From Candidatus Sulfotelmatobacter sp. (GTDB taxonomy: Bacteria > Acidobacteriota > Terriglobia > Acidiferrales > UBA7541), in contig DATKPS010000105.1 of assembly GCA_035524015.1 (NCBI GenBank), positions 11,680 through 75,679 of the forward strand: a DNA stretch of 64,000 bases, read 5' to 3'. Position numbers and translations under genes: made by a program. Each line of letters starts with the position of its first letter. Within the stretch, counting starts at the first letter, position 1. Positions 37,297-46,893 of the stretch are shown here, one piece after another. Below the pieces are notes generated by a model. That model searched no databases, was not told the origin of the DNA, and saw only the letters and a list, made by a program, of their open reading frames with translations.

Positions 37297-39111
37297 ATGG
37301 AACTATCCCCAAAACTCGCGGCTAAATTCGAGCAATTGCAGAATCGTTATCCGGTGAAACGCAGCGCGTTGATTCCCATGATGATGTACGCCCAGGATGA
37401 ATACGGAGCGGTCACCGACGAAATCATCGCGGAAATCGGCAAGCGACTGGACCTGAACACCGTGCAGATCGAGGAGACCCTGGAGTATTACTCGATGCTG
37501 CATCGCAAACCCATTGGTAAGCATCACGTGCAGGTGTGCACCAACATCGCTTGCATGCTCCGTGGTGGAAACGAGTTGCTGGAGCACGCCAAGAAGCGCC
37601 TGGAGATTGGCAACAAAGAGACCACCCAGGACGGGATGTTCTCTCTCGAAGAGGTGGAGTGCATCGGCGCCTGTACCGGCGCTCCCGCGATTCAGGTCAA
37701 TTACGACTTTTACGAGAACGTGACTACTCGCAATTTGGATCGCATTATTGAGGAACTCGATAAAGGCCGTAAGCCCGAGCCCGTGCCGGTCATTACCGGC
37801 GCGTTGCACGAGCGCAATAAGCTCGAAACCCCGCTGATCAGCAAAAAATTCGGCATTAAGGATTCCCACAAGATTGATGTGGCGCTGCAGCACGGGGCTT
37901 ACCAGGCGCTCGAGAAAGCGCTCAAGTCGATGACTCCGGAACAGATCATCGACGAGGTAAAGAAGTCGAACCTGCGCGGGCGCGGCGGCGCGGGTTTTCC
38001 GACGGGAATGAAATGGTCCTTCGTGCCCAAGGATTCGCCGAAACCGAAGTACGTGATCTGCAACGCGGACGAATCGGAGCCCGGCACGTGCAAAGACCGG
38101 CCGCTGATGGAGATGGACCCGCACCAATTGATCGAAGGGATCATCATCGCAGGTCGCGCCATCCATGCGCACAACGGCTTCATTTATATACGCGGCGAAT
38201 ACCGCTATGTGCTGGACATTGTCGATGGCGCCATCAGCGAGGCGTACGCACGCGGCTACCTCGGCAAGAACATCCTGGGGACCGGCTTTGACTTTGATTT
38301 GCTGATTCACACCGGCGCGGGCGCATATGAATGCGGCGAAGAATCGGCGCTGATGGAGTCGCTCGAAGGCAAGCGCGGCAATCCTCGCATCAAGCCACCC
38401 TTCCCTGCCGTCGTGGGTCTATACGGTTGCCCCACGATCATTAATAACGTAGAAACGCTGAGCGCGGTCCCGGCGATTATCAGCGATGGTGGCGAAGCTT
38501 ATGCAAATCGCGGAACTCCAAAGAACGGCGGGACACGCCTGTTGTGCGTCGCCGGTCACGTGAACAAACCGGGCATATATGAGATTCCGCTGGGCATGAA
38601 CATGAAGAAGTTCCTCGAGGAAGTGGCCGGAGGCGTCCGCGGCGGCAAGAAGCTGAAGGCCGTGATTCCGGGCGGCAGTTCGTGCCCGGTCTTTAAGGCC
38701 GACGAAATTGACGTAGCGATGGACTATGACGCCGTTGCCAAGGCCGGGTCGATGTTGGGCTCCGGCGGTATGGTGGTGATTGACGAAGACACCTGCATGG
38801 TGGATATGGCGCGGCGAATCATGCATTTTTACGCGCACGAATCCTGCGGATGGTGCATTCCGTGTCGCGAAGGAACCGCGTGGCTCAAGAAAATGCTGGA
38901 TCGCTTCCACGCCGGTTACGGGCGCAGTGAAGACATTGATCTGATGAATGAGCTTTCGAAGAACATGCTGGGCCGCACGTTCTGTCCGCTGGGAGACGCC
39001 GCGGCCATGCCCACGATCAGCATTGTGACGAAATTCCGCAACGAATTCGAAGATCACTTGCAGGGCAAGTGCGCATATAAATCCGCCGAAGCGTTGCTCA
39101 GCTCGCGGTAG
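37297..39111 (+). CDS. nuoEF: Fused NuoE-NuoF
   Basis: NuoE CTNIAC...CIGAC then NuoF GRGGAGF, NADESEPG, CGEESAL, SCGWCIPCREG..CPLG in one frame. Confidence 0.93.
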   Translation: MELSPKLAAKFEQLQNRYPVKRSALIPMMMYAQDEYGAVTDEIIAEIGKRLDLNTVQIEETLEYYSMLHRKPIGKHHVQVCTNIACMLRGGNELLEHAKKRLEIGNKETTQDGMFSLEEVECIGACTGAPAIQVNYDFYENVTTRNLDRIIEELDKGRKPEPVPVITGALHERNKLETPLISKKFGIKDSHKIDVALQHGAYQALEKALKSMTPEQIIDEVKKSNLRGRGGAGFPTGMKWSFVPKDSPKPKYVICNADESEPGTCKDRPLMEMDPHQLIEGIIIAGRAIHAHNGFIYIRGEYRYVLDIVDGAISEAYARGYLGKNILGTGFDFDLLIHTGAGAYECGEESALMESLEGKRGNPRIKPPFPAVVGLYGCPTIINNVETLSAVPAIISDGGEAYANRGTPKNGGTRLLCVAGHVNKPGIYEIPLGMNMKKFLEEVAGGVRGGKKLKAVIPGGSSCPVFKADEIDVAMDYDAVAKAGSMLGSGGMVVIDEDTCMVDMARRIMHFYAHESCGWCIPCREGTAWLKKMLDRFHAGYGRSEDIDLMNELSKNMLGRTFCPLGDAAAMPTISIVTKFRNEFEDHLQGKCAYKSAEALLSSR

Positions 39112-39117
39112 GGACCC

Positions 39118-41358
39118 ATGGCAGAAACGAAACTTGTAAATTTGAAGATCGACGACCGTGAGGTGCAGGTTGCGGCAGGCACTACGGTCATTGAAGCCAC
39201 TCGGCAACTGGGAATCGAAGTTCCCTCCTTCTGTTATTACCCGGGATTGACGCTGGCGGCCGCATGCCGGATGTGCCTGGTAGAAGTGGAGAAGATGCCG
39301 AAGCTGCAGACGGCCTGCACGTTAGTGGCGGGCGAAGGCATGGTGGTGCGTACCAATACCGACCAGGTGCGAAACGCTCGCAAGTTCATGCTCGAGTTTT
39401 TGCTCACCAATCACCCCCTGGATTGCCCGGTGTGCGACAAGGGCGGCGAATGCGAACTGCAGGACATGGTCTTCCGCTATGGCGCGGACACCAGCCGGTT
39501 CGTGGAGGAAAAGATCCACCGGCCGGAAGAAAAGTGGTCGAACCTGGTGTACTACGACGCACCCCGCTGCATTCTGTGTTTCCGTTGCGTCCGGGTGTGC
39601 GACGAAGGAATGGACGTGAAGGCCCTTGGCGTTGGCATACGCGGCGCTAACTCCATCATCATTCCCAACGGCGGGGACCATCTGGACTGCGAAGAATGCG
39701 GCATGTGCATCGATATTTGCCCGGTGGGAGCGCTGACCAGTGGAACTTACCGGTACAAGACGCGGCCCTGGGAAATGCAGTATGTGCCGACCATCTGCGC
39801 CCACTGTTCCAATGGATGTAAGACCACGCTGAGCGTGCGAAATCACGAAATTATTCGCGGGAATAACCGCGATCATTCCGGTATCAACGAGGAATTTTTG
39901 TGCGTCAAGGGCCGGTTTGGCTTCGACTTTACGCAGCACCCCGAACGCATCAAGCAGCCGATGGTGCGCAAGGGCGAGAAGCTGTACCCGGTGTCGTGGG
40001 AAGAAGCGGCGCAAGAAGCGGCCAAGCGGCTGCACCAACTGCACTCGGCCTATGGGCCGGAAGGCGTCGGATTTATTGGCTCGAATCGCACTTCGAATGA
40101 GGAAAACTACCTGCTGCAGAAGTTGGCGCGCGCGACCTTTGGCACCAACAACATCGACCATCACCGAACCGCCGACTATACCGGCTTAACCACCGCGCTG
40201 GGCGAGCGTTCCGCAGATTCCCTGCTGACCATGGACCAGCTATACCACGCGAAAACGGTGCTGCTGATTGGCAACGATGCCACCAACCAGAATCCCCTGG
40301 TGGCCTGGCAGATTCGCACGAACATTCGGCACCACAACGCCAAGCTGTTCGTGATTCATCCGACGGAAGTCCGGCTGGACCGCAAGGCGAAGCAGATGAT
40401 CGAGCTGGGCTCCGTGCTGGAATCGGCCGCGGTGCGTTGGCTGGCGACCGGCGAAGGCAATTTGCCCCAGGAACTGGCGAATCAACTCGCCGCTCTGAAG
40501 CAGGCCTTGGAAGCGGAATCAGACGTCGCGATCGTTTTCGGTTCTGGAATATCCGGCGCGGCCATTGCGAATCTGGTGGAGTTCGGCTCGCATTTGCCGG
40601 GCAAGACCCGCTACATGGCTCTGGGAGATTACGCAAACTCGCGAGGCGCGGCGGATATGGGCGTGCTGCCGGATCGCTTGCCGGGCTACGCATACCTTGA
40701 CGATAAGTCGGCTTTGGAAGCGTTGGAACGGCATTGGGGCGCGAAATTGTCGATGACTGCAGGACTGACCGCCCCGCAAATGGTGGAGGCGGCCCAGTCC
40801 GGCAAACTTGCCGCTTTGTACGTAGTGGGCGCAAATCCGCTGGCGCGTTATGGCACGCTGGGCTTTGGCCGCGGCAAAGTGCAATTGCTCATCGTGCATG
40901 ACTTGTTCCTGACAGAGACGGCGCTGCAGGCGGACATCGTCTTCCCAGCGGCTTCGGCGTATGAAAAGGATGGCACGGTCACGAATACGGCGGGCGAGAT
41001 CCAGCTACTGAGGAAGGCCGCCGAGGTAATGGGTACGCGGTCGGATTTCGACCTGCTGCGGATTATGTCGCACCAATTGGAAAAGATGGGGCTCGGCAAG
41101 GCGTTTCACTACAAGACCCCCGCCAGCGTCTTCGAAGAAATTCGCAAGGTTGTCCCGGGCTACAACGTGCAGTTGGCAGGTTTGTTGACCGGCGGCGCGG
41201 AAGCCACCAAGCCCCACTTTTCGAAGAACGGGCATGCGCCGTATGATGTGCCTGCGGAACTGATCCGCTCTGCAAACGATACCCTTTTCACCAGCGGCTC
41301 GCTCGGCCGATTTTGCACCATGATGCAATCCTTGCCGGAGGCGGAAGCTAAATCGTGA
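39118..41358 (+). CDS. nuoG: NADH-quinone oxidoreductase subunit G
   Basis: CRMCLVE..TAC, HPLDCPVCDKGGEC, CILCFRCVRVC, CEECGMCIDICP, CAHCSNGC..LCVKG. Confidence 0.95.
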   Translation: MAETKLVNLKIDDREVQVAAGTTVIEATRQLGIEVPSFCYYPGLTLAAACRMCLVEVEKMPKLQTACTLVAGEGMVVRTNTDQVRNARKFMLEFLLTNHPLDCPVCDKGGECELQDMVFRYGADTSRFVEEKIHRPEEKWSNLVYYDAPRCILCFRCVRVCDEGMDVKALGVGIRGANSIIIPNGGDHLDCEECGMCIDICPVGALTSGTYRYKTRPWEMQYVPTICAHCSNGCKTTLSVRNHEIIRGNNRDHSGINEEFLCVKGRFGFDFTQHPERIKQPMVRKGEKLYPVSWEEAAQEAAKRLHQLHSAYGPEGVGFIGSNRTSNEENYLLQKLARATFGTNNIDHHRTADYTGLTTALGERSADSLLTMDQLYHAKTVLLIGNDATNQNPLVAWQIRTNIRHHNAKLFVIHPTEVRLDRKAKQMIELGSVLESAAVRWLATGEGNLPQELANQLAALKQALEAESDVAIVFGSGISGAAIANLVEFGSHLPGKTRYMALGDYANSRGAADMGVLPDRLPGYAYLDDKSALEALERHWGAKLSMTAGLTAPQMVEAAQSGKLAALYVVGANPLARYGTLGFGRGKVQLLIVHDLFLTETALQADIVFPAASAYEKDGTVTNTAGEIQLLRKAAEVMGTRSDFDLLRIMSHQLEKMGLGKAFHYKTPASVFEEIRKVVPGYNVQLAGLLTGGAEATKPHFSKNGHAPYDVPAELIRSANDTLFTSGSLGRFCTMMQSLPEAEAKS

Positions 41359-42560
41359 ACGAATTTCTCACCCAGTATGCCTTCCTGATTGTTCCGATCG
41401 TAAAGATCGCGATTCTGGTTTTCATCGTGCTGACCGTGGACGCTTACCTGACCTGGATTGAACGCAAGGTCATTGCGCATATCCAGGCGCGTTGGGGACC
41501 GTACCGTGTGGGCCCGCACGGGTTACTGCAGCCGCTGGCGGACGGCGTAAAGTTCATTTTTAAAGAAGACCCCATGCCCGCGGGTGTGGACAAGGTTGCG
41601 TATTTTCTGGCGCCGTTTATCACCCTGATGCTGGCGCTCACGTCGCTGGCGGTCATTCCGTTTGGACCGCAGCGGTTTAACGTGTTTGGGTACCATACCA
41701 CCTTGGCTATTGCGGACGTGAACATCAGCTTGCTGGTGCTGTTCGCCATCACCGCACTCTCGGTGTATGGAGTGGCGCTCGCCGGTTGGGCTTCGAATAA
41801 CAAGTATTCGTTACTGGGCGGTTTGCGCAGTTCCGCGCAAATGATCAGCTATGAATTGGCATTGACGCTTTCCGTCGTAGGCGTGCTGCTGATCGCGGGG
41901 GATTTCAGCCTGCGCCAAATCGTGGACCATCAAGATTCGGCGCATGGCCTGTTGAGCTGGAATATTTTCCCGCAGATCATCGGGTTCATCTGCTTCTTCA
42001 TTGCGGCCATTGCGGAAACGAACCGCGTGCCCTTTGACTTGCCCGAGGCGGAATCGGAATTGGTGGCCGGATTCCATACGGAATACGCCAGCATGAAGTT
42101 CGCGATGTTCTTTATCGCCGAATACACCAGCATGATCACGGTGTCGTGCCTGGCGACAATCATGTTCTTTGGCGGGTGGCTCTCGCCATTTCCGGCGTCG
42201 TGGTCCTTTACCCAATATCTACCCTCGGTGCTGCTGATCCCCTTCGGACTTTGGGTGATTTTCGATGGAATCCGTTACGAGAATCTGTTCGGACGGATGG
42301 TGCTACCGGTGGCGGGCGCGGTGCTCACTCTGATCGGGGTGGGATTAATCGTGTTCCCGGTAGTCAATGACGCGATTCAGGGAGTTTTCTGGTTCCTGGC
42401 GAAAGTGTTCACCTTTTTGTTTGTGTATGTTTGGATGCGCGGGACCCTGCCGCGCTTCCGCTATGACCAACTGATGAGTTTTGGGTGGAAGTTCCTGCTT
42501 CCGGTGTCGATTGCCAACGTAATTCTAACGAGTGCGGTCATTTTGTGGAGAATGCACTGA
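41355..42560 (+). CDS. nuoH: NADH-quinone oxidoreductase subunit H (cluster 1)
   Basis: [39 protein letters not shown]. Confidence 0.97.
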   Translation: MNEFLTQYAFLIVPIVKIAILVFIVLTVDAYLTWIERKVIAHIQARWGPYRVGPHGLLQPLADGVKFIFKEDPMPAGVDKVAYFLAPFITLMLALTSLAVIPFGPQRFNVFGYHTTLAIADVNISLLVLFAITALSVYGVALAGWASNNKYSLLGGLRSSAQMISYELALTLSVVGVLLIAGDFSLRQIVDHQDSAHGLLSWNIFPQIIGFICFFIAAIAETNRVPFDLPEAESELVAGFHTEYASMKFAMFFIAEYTSMITVSCLATIMFFGGWLSPFPASWSFTQYLPSVLLIPFGLWVIFDGIRYENLFGRMVLPVAGAVLTLIGVGLIVFPVVNDAIQGVFWFLAKVFTFLFVYVWMRGTLPRFRYDQLMSFGWKFLLPVSIANVILTSAVILWRMH

Positions 42561-43066
42561 TGAGCGCGGAGCTAGTGATCTTTTTCGTACTGGCGGCGAT
42601 CGCGGTTCTGGGCGCGCTCAGCCTGATCGTCCAAAAGCACCCGATTCACAGCGCCCTCTCGCTCATCGTGGTGATGGTCGCGCTGGCGGGCTTGTACCTA
42701 CTGATGGGCGCGGAATTCGTGGCCGCGGTGCAGATTATCGTCTACGGCGGCGCGATCATGGTGCTGTTTATTTTTGTGATTATGCTGCTGAATGCCGGTG
42801 AAGAAGAGCGCACGAACTTTTCGAAGTTGGCGCTCTACGCGGGCATCCCGATGGCTGTTGCCGTAACTGGACTGATTGCGGCCGCTCTGGTCAATTCGAC
42901 TCGCGCCACTTCCCTGCCCGCGGCAGAGGCTGCCGGGACGCTGACGTCCACAAGGACGCTTTCCAATTTGTTATTCACGGACTTTGTTTACCCCTTTGAG
43001 CTGACTTCGTTCTTGATTCTGGTGGCGATTTTGGGAGCCATCGTACTGGCGCAGCGGGAGAATTAG
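42560..43066 (+). CDS. nuoJ: NADH-quinone oxidoreductase subunit J (cluster 1)
   Basis: QIIVYGGAIMVLFIFVIML, YPFE; TGATG overlap with nuoH. Confidence 0.96.
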   Translation: MSAELVIFFVLAAIAVLGALSLIVQKHPIHSALSLIVVMVALAGLYLLMGAEFVAAVQIIVYGGAIMVLFIFVIMLLNAGEEERTNFSKLALYAGIPMAVAVTGLIAAALVNSTRATSLPAAEAAGTLTSTRTLSNLLFTDFVYPFELTSFLILVAILGAIVLAQREN

Positions 43067-43067
43067 C

Positions 43068-43370
43068 ATGGTGCCGACCAGCTATTACTTGTTATTGAGC
43101 GCGATCCTGTTTGGCTTGGGCATTGTCGCGTTTGTGTTCAAGCGCAACATCATCACCATTTTTATGTCCATTGAATTGATGCTGAATGCCGTCAACCTGG
43201 CGTTTGTGGCGTTCAGCCAGGCGCTGCACAAGCCTGACGGTGAAGTGTTCGTGTTGTTCGTCATTATCGTAGCGGCGGCGGAAGCGGCGGTGGGATTGGG
43301 AATCATTATCCTGACGGCGCGGAACCGGCGTTCGCTCAACGTGGAAAGCGTGAATCTGCTGAAACTCTAA
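43068..43370 (+). CDS. nuoK: NADH-quinone oxidoreductase subunit K (cluster 1)
   Basis: SIELMLNAVN, AAAEAAVGL. Confidence 0.96.
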   Translation: MVPTSYYLLLSAILFGLGIVAFVFKRNIITIFMSIELMLNAVNLAFVAFSQALHKPDGEVFVLFVIIVAAAEAAVGLGIIILTARNRRSLNVESVNLLKL

Positions 43371-45322
43371 TGCCTCTGACACCAATTCTCGACCATTTGT
43401 GGATCATTCCGCTGTTGCCACTGCTAGGCTCGGCTATCAACGGGTTGTTGGGCTGGAACTGGCCGAACAAGATCGTGCACTCCGTGGCGTTGACCTCGAC
43501 CGGACTGTCGTTTCTATGCGCGCTGGAAGCGGTGCGAGAATTCTTGGGCAACGGACGGCAACTGTTCCGCAAAGAGTTTTTTGATTGGATTCTGGCCGGA
43601 AGCTTCCGCGCGGGATTCGACCTGCAATTTGACCAGTTGACGGTGGTGATGGTGCTGGTGGTCACCGGCGTGGGCTTCCTGATCCACATTTATTCCACCG
43701 GATACATGGCGCATGAAGAGGGCTACTGGAGATTCTTCAGCTACTTAAATCTGTTCATGTTCTTCATGTTGATTCTGGTCCTGGCGGCCAACTACTCGCT
43801 GCTCTTCGTAGGCTGGGAAGGCGTGGGGTTGTGCAGCTACCTGCTGATCGGGTTCAGCTATCTGAGAAAATCGGCGTCGGACGCGGGCAAGAAGGCCTTC
43901 ATCGTGAACCGGATCGGCGATTTCGGGTTCATGTTGGGGCTCTTCCTGCTGTTCCGGACATTCCACAGCCTGGACTTTAAAACGCTGTTCGATGCGGCGC
44001 AGACAATGCCCGCGGACGCCATGGGGCAATTCGGCATTCTCACGGTGGCCTGTATTCTGCTCTTCGTAGGCGCAACCGGTAAGTCTGCGCAGCTACCCTT
44101 GTATGTGTGGTTGCCCGACGCGATGGAAGGCCCGACGCCTGTCAGCGCGTTGATCCATGCGGCCACGATGGTGACCGCCGGTGTTTACGTCGTGGCGCGC
44201 TCCCACGTGCTGTTCCTACATGCTCCAACCGCCATGTTCATCGTGGCGGTGATTGGCTGCGCAACCGCATTCTTCGCGGCGACGATCGGGTTGGTGCAGT
44301 CGGATATTAAGAAAGTATTGGCCTATTCCACCGTCAGCCAACTCGGCTACATGTTCCTGGGCTGCGGCGTGGGCGCGTTCACCGCGGGAATCTTTCACTT
44401 GATGACCCACGCGTTCTTCAAGGCGCTGTTGTTCCTGGCGGCGGGCAGCGTGATCCACGCTATGGGTGGCGAGCAAGACATGTGGAAAATGGGCGGGCTG
44501 GCCTCGAAAATCAAGATCACGTTCTGGACCATGCTCTGCGCGACCATTGCCATTGCAGGATTCTTCCCCTTTGCCGCGTTTTTCTCCAAGGACGCCATCC
44601 TGTTCGCGGCATTTAATTCCGACCACGGCGGCAGGGTCCTCTATGGTGTGGGGCTCTTTGCGGCGGTACTGACCTCGTTCTACATGTTCCGGCTCATTTG
44701 GCTGACATTCTTTACCCAGCAGCGCTACGACGAGCATCACGTCCACGTGCACGAATCGCCGCTGAACATGACGATTCCGTTGATGATTCTGGCGTTCCTT
44801 TCCCTGACGGGCGGGTGGTTTGCGCTGCCTGCGCTTTTTGGGGGCAAGGATTACTTCTCGGAATTCCTGGCTCCGATCTTGGGTTCGGGAGAAGTTGCGG
44901 GCCTGGAGAATGCGCACAGCCTGGAGCTGACGCTTTCGGGCGTAGCGATGCTGGCGGCAATTGTTGGCTTGATCGTGGCCTGGCGGATGTATGCGAAGGA
45001 TGTGAAGGAAGGCAAAGACGAAGGGCTGCACAAACTGCTGTACCACAAATATTATGTCGACGAAATCTATCAGGCATTGGTCGTCGGCCCTCTGGTTTGG
45101 CTATCACGCAATCTGCTCTGGAAGGTTGTGGACGTGGGCGTGATTGATGGCACGGTGAACGGAATCGCCGAAGGCACCAACCTGGTGGGCGATCGCGTGC
45201 GACAAGCACAGTCAGGGAATACCCGAAGCTATGCGGTGTGGGTGCTGGTGGGCGCAGTGCTAGTCTTCGTGCTGATTTTCTGGCCGATTCTGCGGCCGGC
45301 GTTGTTCGGAGGGATTTGGTGA
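43370..45322 (+). CDS. nuoL: NADH-quinone oxidoreductase subunit L (cluster 1)
   Basis: WLPDAMEGPTPVSALIHAATM, THAFFKALLF. Confidence 0.97.
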   Translation: MPLTPILDHLWIIPLLPLLGSAINGLLGWNWPNKIVHSVALTSTGLSFLCALEAVREFLGNGRQLFRKEFFDWILAGSFRAGFDLQFDQLTVVMVLVVTGVGFLIHIYSTGYMAHEEGYWRFFSYLNLFMFFMLILVLAANYSLLFVGWEGVGLCSYLLIGFSYLRKSASDAGKKAFIVNRIGDFGFMLGLFLLFRTFHSLDFKTLFDAAQTMPADAMGQFGILTVACILLFVGATGKSAQLPLYVWLPDAMEGPTPVSALIHAATMVTAGVYVVARSHVLFLHAPTAMFIVAVIGCATAFFAATIGLVQSDIKKVLAYSTVSQLGYMFLGCGVGAFTAGIFHLMTHAFFKALLFLAAGSVIHAMGGEQDMWKMGGLASKIKITFWTMLCATIAIAGFFPFAAFFSKDAILFAAFNSDHGGRVLYGVGLFAAVLTSFYMFRLIWLTFFTQQRYDEHHVHVHESPLNMTIPLMILAFLSLTGGWFALPALFGGKDYFSEFLAPILGSGEVAGLENAHSLELTLSGVAMLAAIVGLIVAWRMYAKDVKEGKDEGLHKLLYHKYYVDEIYQALVVGPLVWLSRNLLWKVVDVGVIDGTVNGIAEGTNLVGDRVRQAQSGNTRSYAVWVLVGAVLVFVLIFWPILRPALFGGIW

Positions 45323-46893
45323 TGGCTCTCAACGGACATCTGCTGACCTTCCTGGTGTTCTTCCCTGCTGCCGGGGCCTTGGCGCTGTTGTGGCTGCGCG
45401 GGGATGATGAGGTGTGGATCCGGCGCTTCGCGCTGGTGGTTTCGCTGATCGAATTTGTGGCCTCGTTGTTACTTCTGCGCCTGGTGACCATCGGCTCAAG
45501 CGGTTATGCCGCCGAAGAGTTTGCGAAATGGATTCCTTCTCCGGCGATCAATTACCACCTGGGAGTGGACGGAATCAGCATGTTCCTGGTGATTCTGACA
45601 ACCTTCCTGACGCCGATTTGCGTGTTGGCTTCGTACAAAGGCGTGCACTTCCGGATTAAAGAATTTCACGTGATGTTGTTGCTGCTGGAAGTCGGCGTGG
45701 TAGGCGTGTTCCTGGCGCTGGACATGTTCTTGTTCTTTCTGTTCTGGGAAATCATGCTCATCCCCATGGCTTTCTTAATAGGCATTTGGGGCCACGATCG
45801 CAGAATCTACGCCGCGGTCAAGTTCGTGATCTACACCATGGCCGGGTCGATTCTGATGCTGGTGGGAATCATCTGGCTGTACAACGCCACGGGGACGTTC
45901 GATCTGCCGACGATTCAGGCGATGATCCACAGCGGGCAACTGCAGTTGTCCGCGCGCGCCGAACTGCTTCTGTTCCTGGCATTTTTTGTGGCGTTTGCGA
46001 TCAAAGTGCCATTGTTCCCACTGCATACCTGGCTGCCTGACGCACACGTGGAAGCGCCGACGGCAGGCTCAATCATCCTGGCGGGCGTGCTGCTGAAGAT
46101 GGGCACCTACGGCATGATCCGTTTCTGCCTGCCGCTGTTCCCGGAAGCATCCCACCGTGCTGCGCCGTATGTGGCCGCGCTGGCCATCATCGGAATCATC
46201 TACGGCGCGTTGGTGGCGCTGGTTCAGCCGAACCTGAAGAAGTTAGTGGCGTATTCCTCGGTGAGCCACCTGGGCTTCGTGGTTCTGGGCATTTTTGCGT
46301 TCCAGGAAATTTCCATGCAGGGCGCGGTGTTCCAGATGTTGGCACACGGCATTTCCACCGGCGCTCTGTTCTTGCTGGTGGGTATGCTGCACGACCGGCG
46401 GCATACGTTTGAGATCAGCGAATACGGTGGATTGTGCAACCCCATGCCGAAGTTGGCAGCGTTCTTCTTATTTGTGGCCCTGTCGTCGATGGGCTTGCCC
46501 ATGCTGAACGGCTTCGTGGGTGAGTTTTTGATTTTGCTGGGAACCTACCAAGCCCATTGGAATTGGGCCTCTTGGGCCGCAACCGGAGTAATTCTGTCGG
46601 CGTGCTACTTGCTCTGGTCGTACCAGCGCGTGTTCTTTGGAGAAGTCACTCACGACAAGAATCGCGACTTGCCGGATACATCCGCGCGGGAAAGTACCAT
46701 GCTGTGGGTGCTGGCCGTGGTGATCTTGTGGATGGGCATCAATTCCCCATTCTTCACGCGACGGTTTGCGGCGCCTTGCAAAACGGTGATCGAGCAGCTG
46801 AATCCAAACCTGATGCACGAGGCGGCCCTGCCAATAACCGCGCCGGAAAACAGCGCTCGTACTGAAAATGGTGGTGAAAGGGCACTGCGCTAA
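45322..46893 (+). CDS. nuoM: NADH-quinone oxidoreductase subunit M (cluster 1)
   Basis: HTWLPDAHVEAPTAGS, LLKMGTYG, AYSSVSHLG. Confidence 0.97.
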   Translation: MALNGHLLTFLVFFPAAGALALLWLRGDDEVWIRRFALVVSLIEFVASLLLLRLVTIGSSGYAAEEFAKWIPSPAINYHLGVDGISMFLVILTTFLTPICVLASYKGVHFRIKEFHVMLLLLEVGVVGVFLALDMFLFFLFWEIMLIPMAFLIGIWGHDRRIYAAVKFVIYTMAGSILMLVGIIWLYNATGTFDLPTIQAMIHSGQLQLSARAELLLFLAFFVAFAIKVPLFPLHTWLPDAHVEAPTAGSIILAGVLLKMGTYGMIRFCLPLFPEASHRAAPYVAALAIIGIIYGALVALVQPNLKKLVAYSSVSHLGFVVLGIFAFQEISMQGAVFQMLAHGISTGALFLLVGMLHDRRHTFEISEYGGLCNPMPKLAAFFLFVALSSMGLPMLNGFVGEFLILLGTYQAHWNWASWAATGVILSACYLLWSYQRVFFGEVTHDKNRDLPDTSARESTMLWVLAVVILWMGINSPFFTRRFAAPCKTVIEQLNPNLMHEAALPITAPENSARTENGGERALR

